From Setoptus koraiensis (lineage: Eukaryota; Animalia; Arthropoda), in NCBI GenBank assembly GCA_048013815.1, contig CM106585.1, forward strand, positions 124,001 through 188,000: DNA of 64,000 nucleotides, given 5' to 3'. The first letter of the stretch is position 1. The number at the start of each line of letters is the position of its first letter. Below are positions 11,451 to 24,671 of this stretch, one piece after another. The notes under the pieces are model-generated. The model was not told the origin of the DNA. It did not search any database and worked only from the letters and a program-made list of their open reading frames with translations. The translations under genes were made by a program, and so were the position numbers.

Positions 11451-14349
11451 GGCCCCATGATGCTGCTGCCATGTCACTGTGTTGTGGGTTTGCTTGTTGC
11501 GCAACAGTCAGTTATCCGGCAGATAACTGGCTGATAGAGTGAACAAACTGTAGAAAATAAATGAAGAAAAGGAGCGACAATCGACGACGAGCAATAGCCG
11601 ACAGCACGACAAACAGGACGCGAACAATTGGCGCTCTGGCGCTGATTTTTGTCCGCCACACACAACTCGGTGGTGTGTAGATAACCATAGATCATCGCCT
11701 ACATGATGATTATTATTATTATTGTCAGTGGCTGTAAAAAGTGTACTGATGCAGTGTGATGTAACAGTTGTTAGGCGACGTGTCTGCTGCTTTTTATCTG
11801 TGTTTTATTCGGGATGCGATTGGCAACGTTTCGTTTGTGTGCAAACATTTGCTACTTGCTTGCTTGCCACAAAACCTTGTTGTTCTGCTCGAGAAAAAAC
11901 ACACTCGCTTGCAGAGTCGTGACGCCGACGGTCGAAGAGTCGACAGTCGACAGTCGACAGTCGCAACATGCAAGCCAGCGACAGCCACAACCAACAGCAG
12001 CCAACTTACAGTTACAGTGTCATCGTCGCCAGCCACAATCGCAACATTTGCAATTCCAGATCGCGGAGGAGAAAAAATGAAATAATGAGGCGTCTCATTT
12101 GAAAAATAACAGACACACGGACACACTGACAGGACCTTAATTAATGCTCAATCAATCATTGTTTTGCCGGCTCGTGCCAGTGTGCATGTGTAACTGTTAC
12201 ATATGCAATCGCGATCACATGTATAGTTGTGATATATGCGTTATTGTGCTGGTCGCCACCATTCGCCATCGCAACCGTTCAGTGTGCGACTTCAGTTTCA
12301 AGCCATTGCGGGCTCGTATTCACTCGTAAACTTGTTACAACTCGCCAGTTTTTATCTACAACTTTTTTTTATCATGTCAACTTTACACAATTGATGCTCC
12401 ATTCATAATGATAAGCCATTTATGCAAATTACACCGCGCAACACTGTGTCATGTACTTGTTAGTCGTCGTCGCAATGGCCGTCGCAATCGCCGCAAACTG
12501 TCACATAACTTGTGACTCATAAGCGACGCTAATGAGAAAAGTGTGACTCCCACAACTGACGGTCTTAACAAGCGTGCACTAATTCATCATTATGTGCGCA
12601 TTTACAGTTGCACACTTACATTAATTCGAGGCGCACACCATGGGCACGCCACCTTTTAGCACATGGAACATTGAAACATGTTTTTGGTGCTCGCTGTCGA
12701 CAACTGGCACACGACTCGCAACTATCATTATGCCGTCATCCTCAATCATTAGCGAAACATCAATCTGCGCGCCACTCGCTTGCCACTTTTTACGCACAGC
12801 CGCATGCCAAAATGTGCCACTGCAGTCACTGTGACAAGAACAGCGACAAAGTTTACAGTGCCAGAGCGTCGCTAGGTGCGCGCCTAGCGACACTCTGGCA
12901 TCGACAGACACACCGGTGAGTCTAGCAGCGCACGATCAAGCTGGCGCAGAGTGGCAATGGCACAGTGTGTGTGTGTGTGTGCCGACGGTGTCGTTATTAG
13001 TTATCAATTACTGTCATTATTTGCACAAAACGCGTCGTCTAACGGCAATTGTAACGGCCAACGACACGGGACACAACAGAGCGCAACACACTGACAAGAA
13101 AAACACCCACGCACACGAGCACACAAACAAATATGTGATAGAGACAATCAGGTGATGCGTAACGCAAATGGCGCTAATAAAATCATGTTAATGACACATC
13201 AGAGCAGTGAGCAGTGGCCAATGGTCAAGCTGCTCATTGGCTTATGTAACGTTGGTTTGTGTCTGTGCTGTGCACTCTTTATGTCTTGCTCACTTGGTCA
13301 CTATATGGTCTCTAATGGTCGCATATGCACACATTAATTGGCACATAGATTAGACACAGATTATATTGTTTGTTGTTTATACTTTTGCTACCACTGTTGT
13401 GGCACTGTTGCTGTGCCATTGGCTATTGCTGTGCCATTGCTAAGCTATAGTGACATTGCATCACACAGTGTGTTAGAAGGTGACCAACAGATAGAGATCA
13501 TTGTGGCAAGTGGTCAGTGTTTGTCTTGGCACAGAAGAGCACGCTGTGAGCAGTGTAGTGCAGCACAGAACAGATCAAGGCGCCAAGAGGAAAGCAAAAT
13601 GGCTGCATGTTGCGCCACTAGTTACGACAATCATGGGACCAATAGCAGCGACAGTTAGATAGCGAGCGATGGACACATTATTACGTTTGTTATTATGTTA
13701 TCCATGTGCCGTATGTGCTGTGTCCAGTGGAGTCAAGTGAATAGTTAGTTAGTGATCGCGATCATGATATTTGGCCCAAAGAAACTCACAACTGCAAGCC
13801 ACAACTGCAACTGACCAAGGCAACGGAGCAAGGCGACGGAGCAACGAGTCAACTGACAACGATACTCGCCATTAACAAATGGTGTGTCCCAAGTATCAAT
13901 TGCCAGCCATCGCTTTGCATTGTCTATTGTTTGTTGTGTCTGTTGTTGTGTCTGCTGTTGGCTCTGTTGTCATTGCGTCACCGTGAGTTGATAGCAACAA
14001 TGGCGACTGGCAGTTATGCAATTATGTTGTTGTTTAATGTTCATTTGATGTATGTTAATGGTCAATGTTAATGACTTTTGATTTTGGCCATCTCTTTGGC
14101 TTTGAGCCCACACTCATATCACAGCAGCTCGTGTGCTGCAACTGACACAGCAGTGTCACAGAGCTATGAGTCGCGCTCGCCAGCCATTCGGCCAAACACA
14201 AACCAAACCAAAATGCAGCCCACTGATAGCTTGTCAGGCTCACCGTTGTCAGCATCGTCGAGTTCACTAGGTGAGCTCATTCGTGTGATCGGTTTGCTCA
14301 CTTCCGTCACTAGGTGACTTGCGGTTGCTTTGCGCGCCACCTAGTCAGT

Positions 14350-14489
14350 AGTCGGTAGTCGGTAGTCGGTAGTCGGTAGTCGGTAGTCGGTAGTCGGTAG
14401 TCGGTAGTCGGTAGTCGGTAGTCGGTAGTCGGTAGTCGGTAGTCGGTAGTCGGTAGTCGGTAGTCGGTAGTCGGTAGTCGGTAGTCGGT
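14350..14489. repeat. Perfect heptanucleotide array (AGTCGGT)20
   Basis: 20 identical 7-bp units, with degenerate units agtcagt and ggtcagt at the edges. Confidence 0.97.
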
Positions 14490-17400
14490 AGTCAATGGTC
14501 AGTGGTCAGTAGTCAGCGGTGGGACAGACGAAATGTGTAAAGATGAAATTCATGATGAGTATCATGGTCGCAAGCAGCCGATTTGTGTCATGTTTTGCAT
14601 TTGTGTCGCATGCCACATCTTGCGAGCGACACGAGCGGCATCGATTGCGGCATTGATGGCGCAAGTTAATTCAATGATTCAATGCAACGTCTCGCAATTA
14701 ACAAGATCGACAAACATTGTTGTTTGCGAGCAGCATGTTGGTTGCACATTTATGCAAATGACGATCGAGAGACCACGATCAAAGATTAAAGTCACTGTGC
14801 GCATCTATCGATCGGCTGCGATGATTGCCAGCCGAATGATTGAATAAGTTTCTAATGGCCATTGGATAATCGATGTGAGCCGCACGAGGCATCGCTAGCA
14901 ACTTGGTGGTGCCAGAGCAAGTGACGCTCTAACGATGCAATCATGTTTGCAAAATATGCGAAATATGCGCAAGAGTTCAACGCTCTCTCTCTCTCTCTCT
15001 CTGTCTCTGTCTCGGCTGTCGTCTCTGGTTCGGCCTGTGGACAGCGACTGACCAGCGACTGACCAGCGACTGACCAGCGACTGGACAGCGACTGGCCAGT
15101 AGTCGCGACTGGTGCCAGCGATGACAAAACGCGATCGATGCGCGGCCATCGATGCAACGACGATAATGACGACGCCTAGTTCAATTATTCGACACTTGCC
15201 ACACTTGATCTGTCAGTGTGTCGCGGTTGCCACACAACATGTGCCAACAGCAGCCGCCAACAACAAGTGCAATATTGTCAATGAATGCACATTATTGGCC
15301 GACTTGTATATGATATCGGCACAATGCTGGCCACTGTGCTGCAAAACAAACCGGTCGCCGGCCATTGATTTGCGCGTGCCGTGCTCGCGCATGTGAGCTT
15401 GTGCTGTGCTGTCGTGCGCGCCTAACGGTCAGTTTTGGTGGGTGATATATGCCAGCCAGCGACGTATGCAAACCAGTGATATGTCTGCAGCATATTTAGC
15501 AGTGTGTGTGTGTGAGTGTTGGGCCGATGACCGATGCGTGGGCGACATTGGCACCAGAAGCGGCAGATGACGCGCCGGCGGCCAGTATTTGCGCGTTTGC
15601 CGACGCTTGCAGCGAGAGCGGTGGCGGTGGCGGCGAGCAGTGAGCTACTAAATAGTAGTTAGCAGTGGACGAAATAGTAAAAAATAGCCGGTTGCTGGTG
15701 GCACGAGTTGTACATGTTGCACGCACACGCTCATTGTTGTATTCAAATGAGTGTGCATCTCATGCGTTACTCGTGCCAGTCTCGTGCAAGCCACTATTAG
15801 CGACACTATTGATAGCATCGCCAATGCTCGCATCACAAATAGATGAATGAACGGACAAACAAATGCAATTTACTGTGAGCAGTGACCACCACCACACCGA
15901 GTGAGCACAGCAAACAACAAAAGGTGACGCAAACGCGCATAAACGAGTAACGCCAGCTGACCATTGGTCAGTGGTGCAGCCGACGCACACTGACTCAGTG
16001 TCACCGAGTGCTGCAGCAGCCCACTCACACTGACAATTGTGAGTGGTGCAGCGGCCCTGCTCGCGCGGCCTGTGCAACAGGCGACAGTGCTGCAAAGTGG
16101 TGCAAATGCAGCAAAGATGCGCTCCTTTTTTCGAGCAACTTGCGGGCTCCGCTTTCGCCCGCCGGCCCGACCTTCACGCACCGTTATACGCGCCGCTATG
16201 CGCCCCGGTGCCGGCTCACTTGCGAGCCGTTTGGTGCCGCAAAACGCACAACTTTGCGAAACTCTACAACTGTGCACCGTCGACCGACACAAGCGCCAAT
16301 GCCGAGCGAAACTCTCGCTGGCCGGTGCAGGGTCACTGCGAATGGTGCATCTGCACCATTAGGCGCGTTGTCCAGTTGCGGGCGCCGCTCGAACACGCCG
16401 GCGCACGCCAGAGTTTATTGACTATTCACGTAAACTGCAAACTGCCAACAGAGAACAAAGGTTTACATAACTCGCCACTGACCCGGCGACACTGCGCACC
16501 GCTGGTCGCACTGGTCCGCATCGCGGGTATCGCGGGTATCGCCGACATCGCCAGCATCGCCGGTACGGCCGGTGATACTCGTGATTGGGCCCGACCAGCG
16601 ACACCGGCGCTAATGGTGGGGCCGGCCGCATCAGCTGTGCGGCGCGACATGGATCATTTTGGAGGAATCATTTCGAGTGATCGATTGTTGGCGAGTAACG
16701 GTGCCCACGCGACTGCTGGCCTGACCATTGACATTGACACAACATCGGCACGTTGACACACAGGCGCAGTTTTAATGTGGCAACGCGCTGGCACAGTGAG
16801 CACTTTTGCACAACACTTTTTCACGCGACCTAGGGCTATTATTGTTTTTCTATCCGACAATATCCAACACTGACCAGCACTGACCAATGCAATCCAATGC
16901 CGCCTAATGCCGTAGACAAACACGCACCGTGGACGGTGTTTATTAGCTAACAGCGCCAGTTTTATTCAAAACTGACCGGTCGCATTTGCGCCATCGTTTG
17001 TTTATTTCGTTTATCTGGCCGCGCGGCCAACAACTGTGTGCAGTCTGTGCCGATGACCACATGAGCGCCATGTGCTCTCATATGTGTATACGCGCGCACA
17101 GTCGAGTAAAAATTGTCACAGTGCTCCGTTATACGTCGCGTTTGTTATAACATCGCTGATTGTTAACGTTGCTTGTTATATCATCGGCCAAACGGTCAAA
17201 TGTGGGCCAGTTAGAGGTCGCTTAGAGGCTCGCGCGCGATTGCGTGGGATGCGGTGCCCCAGTGGCCATTTTTCAACATTTCTGGCCCGTGCTGCCGCTC
17301 GCAATATGCCCACAAAATCAAGCGGCGTGTGCAACTGCTAGCCGCTCGCTTCGCAAAGCCCCTTGTACACAAAGTGTGTGCGAGTGACCGTTAGCGATTG

Positions 17401-20400
17401 ATCACTCAGCTGGCTCCGAATCGCCAGCGTCGAACCGCCGGCCGGCGCCAAATTGGCCCAAAATCGCGGGGGTGCCCCGGCCCCACAAACGATGCTATGT
17501 GAACTAACCAGGCAACACGGTGCACGGTTGCGCGCTGTTGTGTAAGTGGACGGCACCATTTGCATAGTCTGTCATAGCTACTCATTACTGTTGATTGGTG
17601 ACCGTTGTTGGTTGCGCAAAAATAGTCTCTCTCTCTGTCTGTCTATCGCCAGTCGTGTGCATGCCGCACATGAGCACGAGCAAACACATGACAATTTTGC
17701 AGCATCGCTAGTGTGCCAAAACTGTCACTGTTCAACAGTGTTGGCGACGGTCAGCAGCGGCCGATAGCCGCGGACCATCCCCGATCGCCCGCAACAGAAT
17801 CCGCCCGGATCGCGCGGATCGACCCGATCGAACGGGACCGGGCGCGCTCGGACGGGACGGCGCCGAGCGGCGTCCGTCACATGCGAAGAGCATGTGAGAG
17901 TGGCAACCAGCAGAGGCGCCCTCCCACGCGCCGCACATTGCGCCGTGATTTGCATCGCGCGTCGCATGATTGTCACACTGACAGCTGCATCATTGGCCGA
18001 CAGCATCACTGGACCATTGCACCGATGCACCAATGGTGCATGGATGGTGCACCGTTGGATGGCCCGGCGGCACACATTGGGCAACAATTGTGTAAAATCA
18101 CTCAATAACAACATGAGCATAATAATTGCAAATCGCGTGCCGCGTAATCTGATCGCCTCTCTCATTGTCCGTTTTGTATGTTTGTTTGTGCAACTGTCGC
18201 CTGCTGGCCAGAACTGACATTAGTCGTTTTCTGAGCGACTCAGCCTCGCTGAAGTTGGCCCGCGGTGCACGCTGATGCCAGCATCAACAACTAATTGCGC
18301 CTAAAAAGCGCGCCCTTCCGACGATTGTGGCAATTGTTCAAAAGTCGAAATATACACTGTGATATAACAATGTCAAGCTGGCCTCGCCGACCACTCTCAC
18401 TACTGCTCACAAGTCTGTGCGAGTTGTCGGTGTTGTGAGTCGCAATTGTCACTGTTGTTCTGGCGGCAACAGCAGGTTGTGCAGCACGAGTCGCAGTTGC
18501 CACGAGGACGCTTTATAGGCGCGTTGCTCGTGGCGGCACAGTGAAGCCGCTGTTGCCATCATTTTTGCCATTGGCGACCTTGTGACTCTCAAGTTGCGAG
18601 TGGCGCCTAGTCACCAGCGGCCCTATGCTCTGCGCTGTGCTCTGTGCGCGTCTGTGCTAGCAGGGAGCATAGAGCCGATCGGGCCCTCATTGGGCCCACG
18701 GCAGCCCGACCGACTGAGCAGAACGGCTCTGCGCGGCTCGGTCAACAATGCTGTTCGGCACGTTGCGAGGCACGTAATCTAAAGAACAAATACTGCAAAC
18801 GTCTAAACAAACAGTCAGACAGTGAGCGAGTGCGACAGGCGGACGGATTGCGAAAAATTTTGTTTTATCCAATTTTCGTCGCCAGTCGCACAATCGTATT
18901 GAGCCATCGAAGCGGGCCCAATGGCGGCCCCCGAGAATCGTTTCGCCGAGACGCACAACTCAATTGCGATTGGGCGAGCATTGTTCGCGTACAATTGTCG
19001 CGTCAGTCGCAGCTCGTGTGTGTGTTTGCCTCAGCCAATGGGCGCAAGCAATGTTGCGCAAGAGACTGTGGAGCGATATAGAAAAGTTGGCAGCGTGTGC
19101 GAAAAGCTTTTTGTGTAAATATCTGGCGTGTGCGCTCATCTGCTGCCAAACTACTCAAAGAACACTCAATATGTTGTGTCTCATGTCCACTCAAACAGAA
19201 ATTGGCCTGTCTTCGGCGCGCTCTCTGGCGCGTCCGAATTCGAGCCGCTTCCCCGAATTCGAGCTCCAATTCTGACTGCATTCGAACTCGAACTGCATTC
19301 GAAGGCCGCTCTGAATTCGAAATTGCCAACCGCTCACAACTGGTGCTGTTGTTGCGACGGCAGCCATGGGCGACCATACTGAACTGACCACAGCGCCGCC
19401 AACAGATAAGAGCACGAGTGAAAGTTGAAGAAAATTAGAATACAGTTGCCAGAGTCGCCAGAGTTGCCCCCCCCCCTCGCTTGTTGCAAGAGTTGCCCCC
19501 GTTGCTTATCGCCATCCCCTGCTTGCCGGGCCCAAAGAACGAGCCAAGTTGGCCGAATTTAGAACGCGCGCTGGCTAGAATGTTCTTTGCCCAAAAGAAG
19601 TGAATTGGAAAAACGAGTTGCTGCGCATGCGCTGTCCGGCTCATTTCAGTGCGGGGCCCCATTATAAATTTTAGTTTGACGCTTAGTGAAGCGGAAGCCA
19701 GTAGAGAGAAGAGTGCAGTTAGTTAGGCTGCTCGTGCACACAATCAAACAATTGGTTTGAGAAGGAGAGAGGCAAACTTTTGCAAAGATAACGGTTCAAG
19801 TGTGTGTGTGCATTCTAGACACTCCCAGATACACGAGGCATGCGAATGTTTGAAAAGAATTTCGAATTGGCCGTTGCCAATTCTTTTCCAAACATTCGCA
19901 CAACGCAATTCCACGATACAACCAACCAAACTGAATAGAACTAAACTAAACTGTTTCACAATTGTCTAGTCGATTTGTGATGTGCCACTGTCCTATAAAG
20001 GACGCTCACACTGCCAGCAATGCAAAACATTGTTGCTGCCATCGTCGGCCCGAATAGCCGACAACAGACCAGATAAGACTCAAAAAAGAGACCTATAATG
20101 TCATCTTATTCTTATTCTACGTGTGCGTCATAAGAAGATGATATTTCTTTTTTTTTCTTTCTTTCCTATGACTCTCTTTATAGTGGCGGTTGTGCAATAC
20201 AACTATTATAGGTTCAGTTTTTTGTTGGTTGCGCACTTTTTTTTTCGTTGTTCGTGTGGCACCACAAGCAACCGGAAGTTGCGCTATCGTTGCGTGCTTT
20301 GTCTATTGGATAGAGTGGTGCAAGTGGCCGATTCAATTTGTCGTTCGATCTGTCTACATGATACAACAACCAATCGACGACTGTTCACGCTTGGCAATAT

Positions 20401-22110
20401 CCCTTTTTTCCCCATCCAATAATACGTAATATTATGTAATATTACGTAACATCACCTAATATCACCTAATATCACGTAATATTATGTGTGAATTGTGGGT
20501 TTGCGCATGGAGTGATAGGCGCGTATTTTGCTGCTCATTTAGTCGATGCCGGCTTGTTGTTTGCGCCGCTGATGAACGCACATCGCTAATTGAGTTGTTG
20601 CACTTGGTTGTTGTGGGCAACATTTGTTTGCGGGTGTCACGTTTTGTGGTGTTGCAATAGCTCTGGCTATAACTCTGGTCTGTCGACAACAAATTGTAGT
20701 TGTGCGTGCGCTCGATTTGCTCTATTTACGTCTGACGTGCGATAGCTAACGATTTGTGGTTACGTCATTGACGCAAAACGCGTGTGTGTGTGTGTGTTAT
20801 GTAACTCTCGTTGTGCGTGGGTGTCGAGCAAACGGGCAGCAAAAAGCAAACGATAATGATGAGCTAAACATCGTGACACGATGATTGAGCATGGCTGGTG
20901 TGGCCCGATTAACAAGGCGCCGTTACGCCAAACAGTTGACGAGAAAGCGAGCAGCGGGTCTCTCGCTCGGCTTGACCACTGTCATTAATCAAGCACTGCA
21001 AACGTCATCAAGTCACTCACCGCTCGCTGCTCACTGCTGCTGTCCAAAGACTGTCCACACGCTAATTGGAGCACTTTGCATTGCGCGTCAACAACGAGTT
21101 ACCTTGTTGCGTAACTGCTGACGCTGTTGTCAACTGTGCTCAATTGGTGTCGAGCCAACCTTGGCTTGCAACAACAAATTGATTAATGCGATTCATTATG
21201 CAACTGTTGTGCTGCAACCATCAGTGCACCTCTGGGCCCTCGACTGCTCAATGGCGTGACACTGGCGCGCACAGAGTCTCGCAAGTCGCAATCAATCCAT
21301 CACGAAACGGTCGCTCATTTATCATCGTTACGCAATCGCGTTCGCTTGCGTAACTCATTGTTTTGACGCCTATATGCGCGTTATGTCTGGCAGTCGGTGC
21401 AGCTATTGCCATGGCAGCAGTTTGACACAAATCATGTGATTGGCACTGTCATTTGGCTCATTTCGAGCCTGTCTGCCAAATGTCATCAGCGTCTTGTCAG
21501 CTGATGAGGGCGCCTATGACACCATTATGTGCACGTACTATACAATGCACAGTATGCATGAGCAATAACGGTCGCTGTTATCGATGATTACTTTGTCACC
21601 CGCTGCTCACGCAGCGCGTGCACAAGCCGCTGCACGCACCGCACACTTGCACAGACTCGGCTTGCCGTTTAGACACGCGCGCCCGTTTGCGTGTCTGTGT
21701 CAAACCATCTAGCCATTATATGTGCACAGTATTTATATAAACACTGGCCGGACTGCACATTCACATTGCACGGCCAATGGGGCACATTGGGCACATTAAA
21801 ACCGCACAACACGCGCCACTTGGCCCGGCTTAACTGGCTCCCACAGGCTCGGCATCGCTAAGCCTGGCGTCATTTGCGTCAGATGCGAAAGGGTATACCC
21901 AGTGCCCTCATAGCCAAATTAGGCAGACAGTGCGGGCAGCGCGAGCAGGTATCGAGGGTGGCGCAGCAAAGATGACTCAATTTGGCACGTGGCGGCCACT
22001 TGGCACAGTGCGCCGGTTCAACTGAAACTGTCAGGCATGATCAATAATATTTGGTCTTGTTTCATTACGTTCATTTGTTTCATTGTTGGGCAATGATTGT
22101 CGCCGTTTGC

Positions 22111-22167
22111 GACATTGATGGTTGCGACAACAACGGTTATTGTGTTGTTGTCGCAACCATCAATGTC
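22111..22167. other. Perfect 24-bp inverted repeat (hairpin, 9-nt loop)
   Basis: gacattgatggttgcgacaacaac (22111-22134) is the exact reverse complement of gttgttgtcgcaaccatcaatgtc (22144-22167). Confidence 0.9.
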
Positions 22168-24671
22168 AATGGCAGCGCAAGAATGTTTAACCCGACCAAA
22201 AATGTGTCACGTACGCTGGAGCAATGAACCAAAACTCGACCAGTTGTCAGATCGGGCGCACATTTGGAGAGTGGCGCGAGCCGCCCACGCTTCTGTTGTC
22301 GTCCGGTTGTTGATGCGGGCTGGCGCTGGCAAAATGCAAACTTGAGCACGCACAATATATGATGCGTCGTTGGTGATGCACACGATGATGAGCGCGATGC
22401 TGCCCACCACCGCCGACCAAAGTGACCAAAGTGGCCCAAGTGACCAAAGTGACCAAAATGAGCGGACTGGCCCGGCTGCAGCGGCCGCCAGTTTGGGGCG
22501 CCCTCACAATTGATAATTTTGGCGATTTTGGCAATTGTGGCCTCTGTCGCGGCGTCCTGTGCCGGCCGGTTGAGCGTGGCCGGCTGAACGGGGCCTGCTG
22601 AAGGCGGCCGGTCGACAGTGGCCGGTCGACAGTGGCCAGTTGGAACGTGGCAGACGAAAGTGGCAACTTTCTCTTTTCTCGATCGGACAGATTGCATTTG
22701 TTTGAAAGCTGCCACTGTCACCAGCTCCGGCTGCACCGCTCGTCGGGCGCACAGTTCACGCCGCTTCGAATTGGAAGCGGCTCGAACGCGAATCGGCAGG
22801 CCCAATTCGAGCGGCGGCCACCGCTGGCCGGCGCGCAGTGAGAGTGAAAGGCTTCGATTCGGCCAATTCGGCCGATTTGGGACGGGCGCGCGTGTTCATT
22901 GAACTCTTATATTGGCCGGCAAAACAACAACAACAACAACAACAGCAACAACAACAGCAGCAACAGCGGCGCCTACTTGTGTATTTGTATATCTGTGCGT
23001 CTGTGTGTCCGTGCCGGGCAGTGTCGCGTCACTGAAGAGTTCGCCGGGCCCCGCTGGGCCCCGCTCGGGCCGCATCACTGGGCGACGCGGGCACCGGTAG
23101 TGACCGGTGCAGCGCCGCACGCGTCCATATAGGCACCGGTTTCCGTGTGCGATGCGGCCGTGTCGGGCTGTCGCGATATTGCGATACCGCGATATTTGCA
23201 CGTAGCCGGCTCGAGCATCGGCGCAATGTTTGCGTGTTGCGAAAGCTGCAAATGTTTGAAATGTCGCAAGCGTCGCACCAGCGTGATGCGATAACCGATA
23301 TATGCAAATATATGGCGAATGAGTGGCGGATATATCGCCAATATGCGCGTACATGTACGCGTGTCGACAACTGCAATGTCGGGCGCAATGTCGCGGCCGG
23401 ATGACGGGCGCGCAAACAAAATGATTGCCCGTCTCGCATCTAACTGGTTGCGGCGATCCCGCTGTCGGGCCAGCGTCGGCCCACTGTCGGCCGCACCGTG
23501 GGCCCAGCGTCGGCCGCGCTGCTGGGAATCCCAATTAAGGCGCCACGCCCGACTTGCGCCAAGGGTCAGCAGCCGGTGCCGGCCCGTGGGTGCGCTGGTG
23601 CCCGGCGAGCACAATGCCGCTCGCGGGCTATTTGCGGCCATCGGTTGTTTGCTGGCCGTGGCCGGTTTGCACGCACACAGCGAACAGGCCCAGCGAAATC
23701 ACAATCGGCGATCATCACTTTCACCGTTCATTGGACAGCGCCGGGCAGTAGAAAGTTTCCACTGGAAACACATTTGCATATTTACACATTTGGCAGCATC
23801 AATGTGTTTGAGACAGAGTTTGACAAAATTTAACAAAATTTTCATCTCTTGTTGGCCGCAACGAGATGCAGTGTCGCGCAGCAGAAGGATTTAGCTGTTA
23901 GATTGGTGCGTGGCCAGAGTTACTTTTTAGCCGGGCCAATGACCTGGTCACTTTTGTTTCTTTGCAATTGTGAGCCAGCTCGTGTTGTGCTGCACGTACA
24001 AACAACGGCAACACGCGCAAATAATCAATAATCGGCAGACAATGTTTAGTTTTAGCAAAGGTATATAAAGTTTGTGCGAAGGGATTGTTTTGGCTGCATG
24101 CGCTTATAATTTGCGCCGGCCGAGCCTCGCACTTTGCGCCGGCCATGGCTCGCAGTTTATCGCTGCAGCTATTTATGCTTAGAAGCAAAATATAATGCGG
24201 CTATCTGGTCATCGTCGCATTTATGGCCGGCCCAACGAGACGCGCCGAACGCGCCGAGAGGCGGCCAGCGGACGCGATGACCAGATACGATCGAGCATCG
24301 CGTTGTGTACCTGCTGATGGTGACAATAATTAATGATCACGCTCAACGTGTCACATTCAATATCGGCACAGTGGACAGTCCGCCGGCCGGCTCGACGGAC
24401 AGCGACACGCCACTTAAGAGGACAAGTTTGCAGTTTTGCGCGCAAATCTCTGGCATCTTTTTCACATTTTGTGGCACCTAAAACGTCGCTCTGGCCACAT
24501 CGTTCGGGCAGCGTCGCGCTCGCCGCTGTCATGTTTTGTCGGCGCTCCGGCGCTCATTGGCACCAATTTGGGCTTTTCACAAAAATACAAACATAAACAA
24601 ACACGTATAAATATATAAACGCATAAACATATAGACACATAGACATATAAACATATAAACAATCCTATATC

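Noticed and set aside
14350-14489. Regular repeats as a CRISPR array (also 8256-8358 and 52094-52177)
   Set aside because: There are no unique spacers and no cas genes, and the context is eukaryotic.
14310-14495. ORF with (TTDYRLP)n repeats
   Set aside because: It is the translation of the 7-bp array from a non-ATG start.
19235-19325. Heat-shock element cluster
   Set aside because: GAA and TTC are directly adjacent instead of being separated by 2 nt as in nGAAnnTTCn.
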